DNA from: an uncultured delta proteobacterium | GTDB lineage: Bacteria > Desulfobacterota > BSN033 > UBA1163 | NCBI GenBank assembly: GCA_963711845.1 | Contig: CAVQFR010000014.1 | Span: 73,644 to 137,643, forward strand | Direction of reading: 5' to 3' | DNA: 64,000 nucleotides | Part shown: piece after piece, positions 8,927 to 18,955 of the stretch | How the letters are laid out: each line of letters begins with the position of its first letter | Position numbering within the stretch: position 1 is the stretch's first letter | The notes under the pieces: model-generated | Databases searched by the model: none | Seen by the model: only the letters and a program-made list of their open reading frames with translations | Told to the model about the DNA's origin: nothing | Made by a program: the position numbers and the translations under genes

Positions 8927-9666
8927 AAATAACGGACCTCTTCAAAAGCTACGGCGGGCTGGAAGTTCTGGCGGACATCCGTTTAGAGATCCATCGCAGC
9001 GAATTACACGCCTTGATCGGGTCGAACGGCGCCGGAAAAACGACGCTCTTCGACATCATCTGCGGGTTTATCAAGCCCTCCCGGGGGAGTATTCAATTTC
9101 TGGGGAAGGAGATCACCTCCCTCCCTCCCTTCAGGCACGCCCATCTGGGAATAGGCCGGACGTTCCAGATCACAACGCTTTTCCGTTCCATCAGCGTCCT
9201 CGATAATCTGCGGCTCACCCTCGAGGCCCTCCCCGCCACCCGCGTCCCCTTCTTGAAGTCAAACAGATTCTCCGAGAAGAACCTGGATCCCGTGAAGGGC
9301 CTGCTCAACACATGGGGGTTGTGGGAAACGAGGAACATCCCCGTAGCCGCGCTGCCGTATGGCGTCCAGAGGCAATTGGAAATCATCATGGCCCTTCTCC
9401 AAAAGCCAAGACTGCTGATGCTCGACGAGCCCATGGCAGGACTTGAGGCGGGAAGCCGAGAATCGATGATGCGCCTGATCAAGGAATCCGGTAAGGAAAC
9501 GACCATCTTTTTTATCGAGCACGATATGAACGTGGCATTGCAACTGGCAGATCGCGTGACCGTTTTGCACCAGGGGAAAATCGTTGCTCAAGGGAGTCCT
9601 GTGCAGGTTCAAAACAACAGAGAGGTTCAACGACTCTATTTCGGGTATGAAGACAAAACGGCATAG
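8890..9666 (+). CDS. branched-chain amino acid ABC transporter ATP-binding protein (LivG-like)
   Basis: Walker A GSNGAGKTT, ABC signature region, Walker B LLMLDEPMAGL; start taken at ATG 8890 (MAQIQPETIPVLKITDLFKSYGG), overlapping permease 3' end. Confidence 0.9.
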   Translation: MAQIQPETIPVLKITDLFKSYGGLEVLADIRLEIHRSELHALIGSNGAGKTTLFDIICGFIKPSRGSIQFLGKEITSLPPFRHAHLGIGRTFQITTLFRSISVLDNLRLTLEALPATRVPFLKSNRFSEKNLDPVKGLLNTWGLWETRNIPVAALPYGVQRQLEIIMALLQKPRLLMLDEPMAGLEAGSRESMMRLIKESGKETTIFFIEHDMNVALQLADRVTVLHQGKIVAQGSPVQVQNNREVQRLYFGYEDKTA

Positions 9667-9768
9667 AGCGTAGAGCATAGAACATAGCGCATGGCGTAAC
9701 TGAGGAAGGCAAGAATGGGTCGAGCCTGCCCGCTGCAGGCAAGGTGCCCTCCAGGCATAGGGTATTAG

Positions 9769-10518
9769 ATGGAAAGTAGACCAATCCTAATAGTGGAAGA
9801 GATTCATACCTATTACGGCCAGAGCCATATTCTCCAGGGGGTCACCCTCTCCCTGGAGCAGGGGGCCATCGTTGCTGTGCTCGGCCGTAACGGCGTGGGG
9901 AAGACGACGCTCATAAGATCTCTCATCGGATTCAACATCCCCAGAGAAGGGAAGATTTATTTTAAAGGTGAGGAGATTACCCGGATGGAGCCCTACGGGA
10001 GGGTCGATGTTGGGTTGGCCCTGGTTCCTCAAGGACGCCGGATCTTTGGCTCATTGACTGTGGAAGAGAACTTGCTTTCCTCGGCAAAGAGGAGAGAAAA
10101 AAGAAAGATCTGGGATCAAAACGGAATTTTTGACCTCTTCCCTCAGCTCAAAGAGAGAAAAAAAGTCAGGGCTTCCCATCTGAGCGGAGGAGAACAGCAG
10201 ATGTTGGCCATTGGCCGGGCCCTTGTCAGCAATCCCGACCTTCTCCTCCTGGATGAACCCACGGAAGGACTTTCTCCTTCTGTGATCCGGGAATTGATCA
10301 AGATTCTTTCTCAACTGGCAAAAGAGGGACAATCCGTCCTCCTTGTCGAACAGAATCTGCAATTTGCCCTGAGTCTTGCAAGTTACCTGTTCATCCTGAG
10401 CAGAGGAAAGATGGTTTATGAGTCAACGCCCTCGGAGCTCTCCCAAAAACCTGAGGTCCAGCTCGCCTATCTCGGGGTTGGCCAGTCCGAGACGAAAGAG
10501 ATGAAACCATCCGAATAA
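9769..10518 (+). CDS. branched-chain amino acid ABC transporter ATP-binding protein (LivF-like)
   Basis: Walker A GRNGVGKTT, signature LSGGEQQML, Walker B LLLLDEPTEGL. Confidence 0.9.
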   Translation: MESRPILIVEEIHTYYGQSHILQGVTLSLEQGAIVAVLGRNGVGKTTLIRSLIGFNIPREGKIYFKGEEITRMEPYGRVDVGLALVPQGRRIFGSLTVEENLLSSAKRREKRKIWDQNGIFDLFPQLKERKKVRASHLSGGEQQMLAIGRALVSNPDLLLLDEPTEGLSPSVIRELIKILSQLAKEGQSVLLVEQNLQFALSLASYLFILSRGKMVYESTPSELSQKPEVQLAYLGVGQSETKEMKPSE

Positions 10519-10702
10519 ATTCTGAGAAAAAGTCCTTAAGGCGAGAAGACGTTGTTTCACTCACCATAGCCATCCCTTCAATCGAAAATTGGCGGAATTT
10601 GCCTCTGCCACTCCCTTGTTTCAAAAAGAAACTTGTGTTAGAGACAAATGAATACAATCTAGTGTAGCATATCTAACACCTCTTTACACCGATCCCGAAG
10701 CC

Positions 10703-10767
10703 GTCATTCCCGCGAAAGCGGGAATCCAGATTAGATACACTGGATTCCGGGTCAAGCCCGGAATGAC
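10703..10767. repeat. nested-palindrome element with GTCATTCC...GGAATGAC termini (family member 1)
   Basis: gtcattcccgcgaaagcgggaatcc...ctggattccgggtcaagcccggaatgac: two adjacent hairpins with similar stems plus terminal inverted repeat; second copy with same architecture at 40246..40359. Confidence 0.5.
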
Positions 10768-10921
10768 AAATACAGGAGAGGAACTTTTAATTCACTACAC
10801 TGGCAAAGCCATATTTCGTTCAAATCTCCCTCTCACCTTCCAGCGGGGGAGGTAGATCGTGGAGAATGTTAGAAAAACCTTTTAGACCTAGATACATCAA
10901 AATCCAAAGAAGGAGAATGCG

Positions 10922-12580
10922 ATGCGATCCGATGCGATGAAAAAAGGACTCGAAAGGGCGCCCCATCGTTCCCTCTTCAAGGCCCTGGGGCTTACGGATG
11001 AAGAGATTGAACGACCCATGATTGGAATTGCAAACTCAGCCAATGAAGTCATTCCAGGCCACCTCCATCTGCACCAGATCTCTGACGCCGTGAAGGCAGG
11101 AATCCGAATGGCAGGCGGGACACCTCTCGAGTTCTTTACGATCGGCGTCTGTGATGGGATCGTCATGGGCCATGAAGGAATGAAATACTCCCTCAGCTCA
11201 AGAGAATTGATTGCAGATTCCGTTGAATCCATGGCCATGGCCTACCCTTTCGATGGTCTCGTTCTCATTCCCAATTGCGACAAGATTGTGCCCGGAATGA
11301 TGATGGCGGCGGCCCGGCTCAATATTCCCAGCATTGTCATCAGCGGCGGTCCCATGCTGACGGGCGATTTCCAGGGAAAGGAGTACGACGTTATTTCCGT
11401 ATTTGAATGCGTCGGAAGAGTGAAGGTTGGGAAAATGACGCTCGACGACCTCAAAGAGGTTGAAGGCTGCGCCTGCCCGGGTGTGGGATCCTGTGCAGGG
11501 ATGTTTACAGCTAACTCGATGAACTGCCTTTCGGAAGTCCTTGGCCTTGCCCTTCCCTATAATGGTACGATCCCTGCCGTCTTCGCTGAACGGATCCGTC
11601 TGGCAAAGAAGAGCGGCATGCAGATCATGGACCTCGTCAAGCGGGATTTGAAACCCTCCAGGATCCTGACGAAGAAGGCCTTTGAGAATGCCATCACTGT
11701 TGACATGGCCTTCGGAGGATCGACGAACACTTCCCTTCACCTCCCAGCCATTGCGAAGGAAGCGGGAATCGAACTATCCCTCGCTGCCTTTAATGAGATC
11801 AGCGAAAAGACCCCCCATCTCTGCAACATGTCTCCGGGGGGTCCTCATCATTTACAGGAACTTCACCAGGCAGGAGGGATCCCTGCGCTAATGCTCGAAT
11901 TGAGCTGTGGAAATCTGATTCACCGGGATGCATTGACCGTTACGGGAAAAAAAGTTGGGGAGAACCTCAAGGGAAAGAAGACCCATAACCCGGAGGTCAT
12001 CCGCTCCCTAAAAAGACCCTACCATCAAACCGGAGGGCTTGCCGTCCTTTTCGGGAATTTGGCGCCCCAGGGAGCAGTCGTAAAACGCTCTGCGGTTGAT
12101 GACGCCATGCTGAAGCACCGGGGACCGGCCAGGGTCTTTGATACCGAAGAAGAAGCCCTGAAGATGGTCCTGAATGGAAAGATCTTGAAGGGGGATGTCG
12201 TGGTGATCCGGTATGAAGGACCGAAGGGCGGACCGGGCATGAGGGAGATGCTGGCCCCGACCTCTGCGATTGCAGGTGTAGGAAGAGATCGCGATGTGGC
12301 CCTCATCACGGACGGCCGGTTCTCAGGAGGAAGCCGCGGAGCAGCCATCGGCCATGTCTCTCCCGAAGCTGCCGAGGGAGGCCCCATTGCTGCGGTTCAG
12401 AACGGGGATCTGATTGAGATCGATATTCCGAATAAGAAACTGAGTCTCCTCATCTCTGAAGAGGAATTGAAGAAGAGATTGTCCCAGTGGAAGCCACCTC
12501 AGAAAAAACTCAAAGGATATCTCAAAAGGTATGCAAAGCTGGTACAATCGGCCAACACCGGAGCCACCTTCGAAGACTAA
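10922..12580 (+). CDS. ilvD: dihydroxy-acid dehydratase
   Basis: 552-aa ORF with IlvD/EDD family hallmarks ([27 protein letters not shown], Fe-S ligand region [16 protein letters not shown]); SD AAGGAGA 6 nt upstream of ATG. Confidence 0.95.
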   Translation: MRSDAMKKGLERAPHRSLFKALGLTDEEIERPMIGIANSANEVIPGHLHLHQISDAVKAGIRMAGGTPLEFFTIGVCDGIVMGHEGMKYSLSSRELIADSVESMAMAYPFDGLVLIPNCDKIVPGMMMAAARLNIPSIVISGGPMLTGDFQGKEYDVISVFECVGRVKVGKMTLDDLKEVEGCACPGVGSCAGMFTANSMNCLSEVLGLALPYNGTIPAVFAERIRLAKKSGMQIMDLVKRDLKPSRILTKKAFENAITVDMAFGGSTNTSLHLPAIAKEAGIELSLAAFNEISEKTPHLCNMSPGGPHHLQELHQAGGIPALMLELSCGNLIHRDALTVTGKKVGENLKGKKTHNPEVIRSLKRPYHQTGGLAVLFGNLAPQGAVVKRSAVDDAMLKHRGPARVFDTEEEALKMVLNGKILKGDVVVIRYEGPKGGPGMREMLAPTSAIAGVGRDRDVALITDGRFSGGSRGAAIGHVSPEAAEGGPIAAVQNGDLIEIDIPNKKLSLLISEEELKKRLSQWKPPQKKLKGYLKRYAKLVQSANTGATFED

Positions 12581-12627
12581 TTCACGTTTCACTTAAGGGT
12601 CAATGACACGAATCACCGACACTGTCA

Positions 12628-14077
12628 CTATCTTTTAAGTACGGGCACGGAATATGGCCCTTCTCGAATGAAGGCCACAGTCGGTTCAATCCCTTTTTCT
12701 CGATAACGGTAAACAGCAAATTGGACAGCCTTCTGTACCATCTCCTGGGCCTTCTCAACGGCAGGCTTTATCCTTTTTCCCTTCATAAAATCGAGGCCAC
12801 AGACTCCCGGAAGGATGCAGTAATTTTCTCTCTCAATTTCCAGGGAACAATAAATCAGCCCGTCCTCTCCGATTTTTCTCAGGACCTTCCCCCAGACCTC
12901 GGGTTCCCATTGATCCTTTGTAAACTTCCAGCCGGAAGTTTTCAGTAAATCGAGATAGCCGTCCGGTCCCTGCAATTTTAGCAGGTGAATCAGACTTCTG
13001 TATTCCGGAGACCCGATGGGGTTGATGAAATCCCGGTTATTCGCTGCGATGATGATGACACCCCCTTCTTTCACCGCCGGGATAGCGCCCACCCCTGCCT
13101 TGGCCGTCTGGTAATGATCTCTTCCCACATATCCGCTGTGAGTCAGTACGATATCGAACTCCTCATCAAGAGGGATCTCCGCATAGCCCTTGATCATTTC
13201 AAAGGCCTTCATATTTCCCTCCACCATATCCCCTGTAAATACTCTCACGAGGCGCAAATCTTTATCCAGGTTGACGTTGATAACAAAATCAACTCCGACC
13301 GTCTGGGCAACTTCCAAAGCCTCCTCGTGACATGGATTCCCTTCGAGGACGAGGTTCGTTGCCCGGGGGTCTTCAAGATAAGGCAGGCCCGTGAAATCTT
13401 TGAATGGTCTTGACGTCCACCAATCCCGGACAAACGGATTTTCTCCCACCGGAGATCCCTGTGAAAAAATGACTCTCGACGAGTCCTGTCGCAATCTTCA
13501 GGTCCGCAAAATAGAAGTCCCGATTGACATAGACATGGGTCCCTCTTTTTGTCTTTCCGATACTCTCCAAAAGATCGTTATTCTCACAATCGTGGTCCAG
13601 GATCGTGTACTGTTTAACCACTTCCTCCCCGTACATCTCCACCTTCTCATCCGGGGTGCTTGCTCGATGCATTCCTGTCGCTACAATAATCTTGATATTT
13701 TCTTTCTTAATCCCTGAAGACTCCAGGCGTCCAAGCAGCGGGGGGAGGATGCCGCCTTCTCCTTTATAAGGAACGGGCCTTGTAATATCGGAAACAGCAA
13801 TGGCCACAGACATCTGTTCGGGAGGTTTCCCTTTTTTCCGGATGATCTCTTCCAAAGGGGGACTGCTGATGGGGGCTAGAAAAGCCTGCTCAAAGGCCTT
13901 TTGGGGATCCGGTAATACGGCAACCTCCTTCATGGTGAGTTCAACACTGTTTGGAGGCACCCAAACCTCTATCGCGTTTCTTCCAAACTCTACTGAGATT
14001 TTCTTCCAATCCTTCATATCAATTTTTTTAATAGCCTTTTTAAGGTCGCTTCGCATCGTGGTTCTCCTGACGATCAT
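12628..14077 (-). CDS. LarA-family (nickel-dependent lactate racemase-like, DUF2088) protein, interrupted by apparent -1 frameshift
   Basis: Two overlapping ORFs (13373..14077 N-part with VAIAVSDITRP, IVATGMHR, FFTGISGGRKSVCPG; 12628..13494 C-part with LEGNPCHEE) together match one LarA-like protein; frame change near 13380-13400 at a G/C run. Confidence 0.7.
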
Positions 14078-14438
14078 TTGGGGTTATGAAGTCTTGAGCT
14101 CGGCGTTCGCTCCCTCCGCGGTCGCCCTATTCTGAAACTTCTTTCTCCGAACCCATTAAGTTTAGTATAACCTGCGCCACCTCACATTACTATGTAACTT
14201 CAAATCCTGTCAAGATCAGCACCCGATCGAGCTTTTCGCCAGCTTGCGGGTGATTCTGCTTGATAATATAGAGCGCGATAGATCCACTTTAATCCAGGAG
14301 GATCGCTCGAAAAGCCTGAAGGTCGTACTTATGCCCCTAGGTATTCGGAGTGGAGATGAGGGTTTACATCGAAAGGTTGAATGGATTAATCCCTTGGAGC
14401 AAATCAGAGGCGAAAGGAAACAATTGGAGTATCGTAAT

Positions 14439-14702
14439 CTATGAAGAAGCCATCGGCTTAGGATACAAACGCAGATAAATCCCAAATACGTCATCTGCCA
14501 TTTTTTCGGTTGTCTCTTTAATCTCATGTAAACTTGATATGAAAGAGTGCAGCGATTCGTCAAGTTTCGTTATGTTCTCACAGTTCCTTTTTGAATTTTC
14601 TAATAGTTTTTTCTCCCGCTCACGAGATTCTTCAATAAGATCTCTTAACTTTTCTCTCTCTTCTTCAGTCCACTCTGACACAAGCTCATCGACTGTCTTC
14701 AT
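14439..14702 (-). CDS. hypothetical small charged coiled-coil protein
   Basis: 87-aa ORF rich in E/K/R; weak SD upstream; no recognisable family. Confidence 0.3.
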   Translation of the reverse strand: MKTVDELVSEWTEEEREKLRDLIEESREREKKLLENSKRNCENITKLDESLHSFISSLHEIKETTEKMADDVFGIYLRLYPKPMASS

Positions 14703-15030
14703 GACCTATCCTTTCTTGCGGGAGATAGGAAATATAAAAGCAAAATATATACCGGCTTCATGGGTCATCCAGGAAACCATAAAATAACTCACCTCTTCGA
14801 GGAGTTAGACAATCATAAGAAAACCCGGCGAAAACTGACCCTTCAAAAAAAGAGAAACGCTTTACTCTTTTTAGAAAAATCGTTTCCCTTTTTGGGAAGA
14901 TTGAATGGATTCGATCTGTCGAAAAAATTCGGAGGGAGGTTATTGAATCAGCAAGAGAGATCGATTTCACTTCTTATGCTGCCACTATCTCGAGCGGGCT
15001 CTCCATCTCAAAGGCGAACTGAATGCAGGA

Positions 15031-15079
15031 CCCCTCACCCTTCCCCTCTCCCCAGCGGGAGAGGGTGGGAGTGAGGGGG
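15031..15079. repeat. GC-rich palindromic repeat, copy 1 (CCCCTCACCCTTCCCCTCTCCCC / GGGAGAGGGTGGGAGTGAGGGGG)
   Basis: Read directly; immediately 3' of the peroxidase gene; related copies at 28669, 36175, 46536, 56160. Confidence 0.6.
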
Positions 15080-15083
15080 TCAT

Positions 15084-16484
15084 CTAAAGTTGGCGCATAA
15101 AAGCCACAAGATCCCTCTTCTCCTGCTCGCTCAGTTTGAGCTCAAGAATCAAATTGAAAAACTCCACCGTATCTTCCAACGTCAGGAGCCTTCCATCATG
15201 CAAGTAAGGAGGGGAATCTTTAATCCCTCGCAAAGGAAAGGTCTTGATGGGGCCATCTGCAGAGGCATATCTCCCATTAATCATCCGCGGTTTAAAGAAA
15301 CGTTCACCCTTCAAGTTGTGCATCAGATTATCGGTATAGTAGGGAGCTGGATGACAGCTTCCGCAAGCAGCTTTGCCGAAGAAGAGTACCTGCCCCCGCA
15401 TTTCCGGTTGGGTTGCCTTTTTCGGATCAAGCTTTCCGTCGATCCCAAGCTTAGGAGCCGGCGGAAAGTCCAGCAACGCCTGGAACTCCGCCATAAAATG
15501 GACCTGGCTCCCCCGCTCCAGGATGTTGACCCCTTTTTTCGTAGCAATCACCGGGTCGCCGTCAAAATATGCAGCCCTTTGTTCAAATTCGGTGAAGTCT
15601 TCGACCGACTTCAAAGCTCGCTGCGACCCAAACAGCCGCTGGATGTTCACACCCCGTAAACTAGGGGTATCCAGACGATGCCGGAATTCCTGGGGCCGGA
15701 TATCCCCAACAAGGTGTGTCGAGGCATTGGTATGTCCGTTTGCATGGCAGTCAAAACAGACGACCCCACGGCTTGGACGCTCGGACCGCCGGTCCTCGGT
15801 TTGGTTGAACTGCTGTTGCGGGAACGGGGTGACCAGTAGCCTCAGGCCTTCAATCTGCTTGGGGTTTAGAACTCCATTGAACAGCGCATAGTAGTTATCA
15901 AGAGTGACCAGTTTCCCCTGCGAAACATCTCCTAGGTCAGATCTCGTGGTCAGATAGATCGGTGCTGGGAACTCAGGAATCAAGTGATCCGGTAAGTCAT
16001 AATCCAGGTCAAAGCGCGTGAGGTCCCGACCTTCTTGCTTCTTGATCTCATCAATATGGAACTTGGGAAAGAGCATGCCCCCTTCAGGATGATTAGGATG
16101 CGGGAGCGGGAAAAAACCCGCCGGGAATACGCCCTTCTCGCGAATCTCCTCCGGACTCATTCCGGCCAATCTCTCCCAAGTCATCCCCCCTGGAAGTTTC
16201 GCACGAACGCCCTCCTGAACAGCCTTGCCGCGAGACATCGTCACCCCTGCGGCCGGACGGTTACTCAGGTCATAGCGCTCACTAAGCAAATCCATCTGAC
16301 GCTTCATCACCCCTGGCTTTGCAGCTTTCATCCGGGTCATGATCGCTTCAAAACTCTCTTTGATCACCACGGGAGAGTAACTCGACTCTCCTCTTGAAGG
16401 AGATTGGGCAAAAGTAGAAATCGAAACAATAATCAATGAGAGAGTCACACTTGCCAATCCAATGTATTTTATCGCCTTTGACAT
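15084..16484 (-). CDS. di-heme cytochrome c peroxidase family protein with long N-terminal extension
   Basis: 466-aa ORF, signal peptide, two CxxCH heme motifs (CFDCH, CGSCH) and CCP-like C-terminal motif SPPYLHDGRLLTLEDTVEFF; roughly 240 aa precede the first heme site. Confidence 0.75.
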   Translation of the reverse strand: MSKAIKYIGLASVTLSLIIVSISTFAQSPSRGESSYSPVVIKESFEAIMTRMKAAKPGVMKRQMDLLSERYDLSNRPAAGVTMSRGKAVQEGVRAKLPGGMTWERLAGMSPEEIREKGVFPAGFFPLPHPNHPEGGMLFPKFHIDEIKKQEGRDLTRFDLDYDLPDHLIPEFPAPIYLTTRSDLGDVSQGKLVTLDNYYALFNGVLNPKQIEGLRLLVTPFPQQQFNQTEDRRSERPSRGVVCFDCHANGHTNASTHLVGDIRPQEFRHRLDTPSLRGVNIQRLFGSQRALKSVEDFTEFEQRAAYFDGDPVIATKKGVNILERGSQVHFMAEFQALLDFPPAPKLGIDGKLDPKKATQPEMRGQVLFFGKAACGSCHPAPYYTDNLMHNLKGERFFKPRMINGRYASADGPIKTFPLRGIKDSPPYLHDGRLLTLEDTVEFFNLILELKLSEQEKRDLVAFMRQL

Positions 16485-16923
16485 TTTTCTTAACCTCCCT
16501 TTTATGGAATTTTTCAGGAACTGAGATTCACCTTCTTCTTCTCATGATCCCACTGCCAGCCATCTGATCCTATGAAAATACCTGCACACACCAAATAGAT
16601 TAGTATCTACGGCATTCCCGGGTGAATAGGGCAAACACTGTATTTTTCTTGAAGAAGGACAGTATTTTGAGACTAATGGGAATAAAACGATTTTGTGGAA
16701 TATCCGAGGGGATCCAATTTTCAAGAAACATTCCTCGCCCTTGACGGCGAACGATCGTACCGGGTGATGATTACCCCGAGCATCATCTTGTTTGATTTTC
16801 TAAATGATTTTTTCTCGACGTCGTTTTTCCTTGGGTTTAAGAATTCCCCCTCTTTGCTTCCATCTCTGTTTTTCCTTCATCTCCATCTCTCGATTCATCA
16901 CACCCGCCCTTTCAGGAGAATTT

Positions 16924-17136
16924 TCATCTTGAGGATTTTCGAGGTTTCATCTTGGAAACGATTCCATAAGTGCTTTTATAGATATCTATCCATTGATCCC
17001 TGAATTTTTCATAATTTAATGTTTCATTTTTTTCTGACTTAAGCAGCTCAAGAACAAGGTAACAAGAAGCAAGATTTGAAGAAATAACAACACTTCTCAG
17101 TTCATTGAGTTCCGGTGACAAGGGTTTTAAATCCAT
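16924..17136 (-). CDS. hypothetical small protein
   Basis: 70-aa ORF with canonical SD AAGGAGG 6 nt upstream of ATG; located in AT-rich islet. Confidence 0.4.
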   Translation of the reverse strand: MDLKPLSPELNELRSVVISSNLASCYLVLELLKSEKNETLNYEKFRDQWIDIYKSTYGIVSKMKPRKSSR

Positions 17137-17367
17137 ACTGAACCTCCTTTACTTATTAGATTATTTTTTTCTTTCCCTTCATCCCTTGATCCACTATTCT
17201 CCCCTTTTTCGAAAAACTCCTCCTTCGTGAATATCCCTTACTCACCAACTAACCCAGCATGGGCTTCCGGGCGGACGACCAGAAGCATGGGAAGTTCTTC
17301 AAAGGAAACGGCTTGGGGGTGTTAGGAGGCATTCCCACGGCGAGCCTCCACAGAATCGATGTGAAAA

Positions 17368-17700
17368 TTATCCTTTATCACAGCCAAAATATTTAAATAG
17401 GCCGCTCACATAGTTCCCCCATGTTGGAATCAATCTATCAATTTCGTATGACAGCAGAGTTATCTCTCCGCTATGAATCTTATTGTGTACCTCCTCCAGC
17501 TTCTCATATCTCAAAGGCCATGTCATTTTTCCGGATTGATTAACCACATAGAAAGTTTTTTGCCTCTCGTCAATTCCGACGATTCGCAATTGGTTAAGGC
17601 CATCTGCAGCCCAGAATTTTATATCCTGATCCTTCATTTCCTTTAATTTTTCCCAACTAAACAAGCACTTCGGAATAATCTCTATGATTTTCATCATCAT
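17368..17700 (-). CDS. hypothetical protein
   Basis: 110-aa ORF, AGGAG upstream of start; AT-rich context; no recognisable family. Confidence 0.4.
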   Translation of the reverse strand: MMMKIIEIIPKCLFSWEKLKEMKDQDIKFWAADGLNQLRIVGIDERQKTFYVVNQSGKMTWPLRYEKLEEVHNKIHSGEITLLSYEIDRLIPTWGNYVSGLFKYFGCDKG

Positions 17701-17726
17701 CCCCTTTTATTCTCCTAGGCCTTCCT

Positions 17727-17845
17727 GTGGAGCCCCACGGGCAAAGCCCGTGGCACCTGACTAACGCCCGAGAGGGGCGACATCCCGGCCAAAAGTTGGC
17801 GCATTCATCCACGGCCAAAGGCCGTGGCTTTCTGCTGCCGGGGTA
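17727..17845. repeat. dispersed ~120-bp hairpin-rich repeat, copy A
   Basis: gtggagccccacgggcaaagcccgtgg...ggcgcattcatccacggccaaaggccgtgg...ccggggta; about 85-90% identical by eye to 51967..52086. Confidence 0.65.
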
Positions 17846-18174
17846 GACCGTCTACCTCGCAAAGAGCGAAGCCGATTTCCTATCATCGATGATCAACAGA
17901 TTCCCCGGGTTATTCTCCTCAGCAGCCTTTTTCTCCGAATCGTCACAGCGACACCAACCGTCCTGGTTCTTTTCTGCACTCTCGCAACGTTCTGCGTTTC
18001 CTTCCAGTCTAATAGCTTAGGGGAGGCAGAGGGCTTCAGCCTTAATGGAAGTGTATTAGAGCAAGAACACTGCGTCAATAAGAATTGGAAGAATGGAAGG
18101 GTGGCTACCTCCAAATTCCATGACCTTACATCGCGTGGCTGGGCAGGCGAAGACCTGTACTCCTTTGAAATTAT

Positions 18175-18249
18175 TGGAGGCGGCAATCGGATTTGAACCG
18201 ATGAATAACGGTTTTGCAGACCGTCGCCTTACCACTTGGCTATGCCGCC
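18175..18249 (-). tRNA. tRNA-Cys (anticodon GCA)
   Basis: Reverse complement GGCGGCATAGCCAAGTGGTAAGGCGACGGTCTGCAAAACCGT...ATCGGTTCAAATCCGATTGCCGCCTCCA; acceptor stem pairs perfectly, discriminator U, CCA encoded. Confidence 0.9.
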
Positions 18250-18251
18250 CT

Positions 18252-18326
<75 letters not shown>

Positions 18327-18348
18327 ATCTTGTCTTTTCAATGGTTAA

Positions 18349-18377
18349 AAATTACAAGATTTGCCCCTCGATGTCAA
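18349..18377 (-). promoter_or_regulatory. candidate sigma70-type promoter for tRNA-Gly/Cys (TTGACA-N17-TAATTT on minus strand)
   Basis: Minus-strand sequence ttgacatcgaggggcaaatcttgtaattt about 22 nt upstream of tRNA-Gly 5' end. Confidence 0.4.
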
Positions 18378-18418
18378 TAGGGAAAAGAAAAGATGGGGAG
18401 ATGAAAAGATGTAAGAAT

Positions 18419-18955
18419 TCAGGCAATGATGGACTTCAGATATTTCCGGAAATAGTCAGCCCCGGATATAACGGCAACGACCAAAGCAACCCATAGAAAA
18501 ACCATCCCAATCGGATGGAAATCAACGGAAAAATACCTCCCATTGAGGATAAGAAAGAAGATGGACGTCATTTCGAAAACCGTTTTATATTTTCCCAAAT
18601 TACTCGCAGAAATAACAATATTTTGAGTGACGGCAATCCCTCTTAAACCGGTAATGGCGATCTCCCTTCCGACAATGACAATGACCATCCAGTCAGGAAT
18701 CTCTCTCGCTGGAATGAGTGCGATCAGAGCCGTCACGATCAGAAGCTTGTCCGCAAGGGGATCAAGAAATTTCCCCAAGGTCGTTTCCATGCCACGCCGT
18801 CGTGCGAGATATCCATCGAAGGTATCCGTAACAGCGGCTCCAAGAAAGAGCAGCGCCGTGAAGAATTGATACCCCCTGCCCGTATAAGAAAGGAGAACAA
18901 GGATAAGAGGAATGGCCAAGATCCTGAGGATGGTTACCCCATTGGGTAGACTCAT
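18419..18955 (-). CDS. pgsA: CDP-diacylglycerol--glycerol-3-phosphate 3-phosphatidyltransferase
   Basis: CDP-alcohol phosphatidyltransferase motif DTFDGYLARRRGMETTLGKFLDPLADK; membrane protein; followed by tRNA-Gly/tRNA-Cys as in the E. coli pgsA-glyW-cysT arrangement; start probably internal Met (MSLPNGVTILR). Confidence 0.85.
   Translation of the reverse strand: MSLPNGVTILRILAIPLILVLLSYTGRGYQFFTALLFLGAAVTDTFDGYLARRRGMETTLGKFLDPLADKLLIVTALIALIPAREIPDWMVIVIVGREIAITGLRGIAVTQNIVISASNLGKYKTVFEMTSIFFLILNGRYFSVDFHPIGMVFLWVALVVAVISGADYFRKYLKSIIA

Noticed and set aside
15031-15079. GC-rich palindrome as a Rho-independent terminator of the peroxidase gene
   Set aside because: No U-run follows the hairpin on the transcribed strand; the same element recurs at non-terminator positions, so it is treated as a repeat family
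16695-17003. 102-aa plus-strand ORF in the AT-rich islet
   Set aside because: Low-complexity F/L/S-rich translation, no RBS, overlaps the better-supported 70-aa minus-strand ORF
18100-18174. Third tRNA next to tRNA-Cys
   Set aside because: No cloverleaf: no T-loop GTTC-type motif or pairing acceptor stem could be built
17893-18186. 97-aa ORF overlapping tRNA-Cys
   Set aside because: Overlaps a confidently identified tRNA; no RBS or motif
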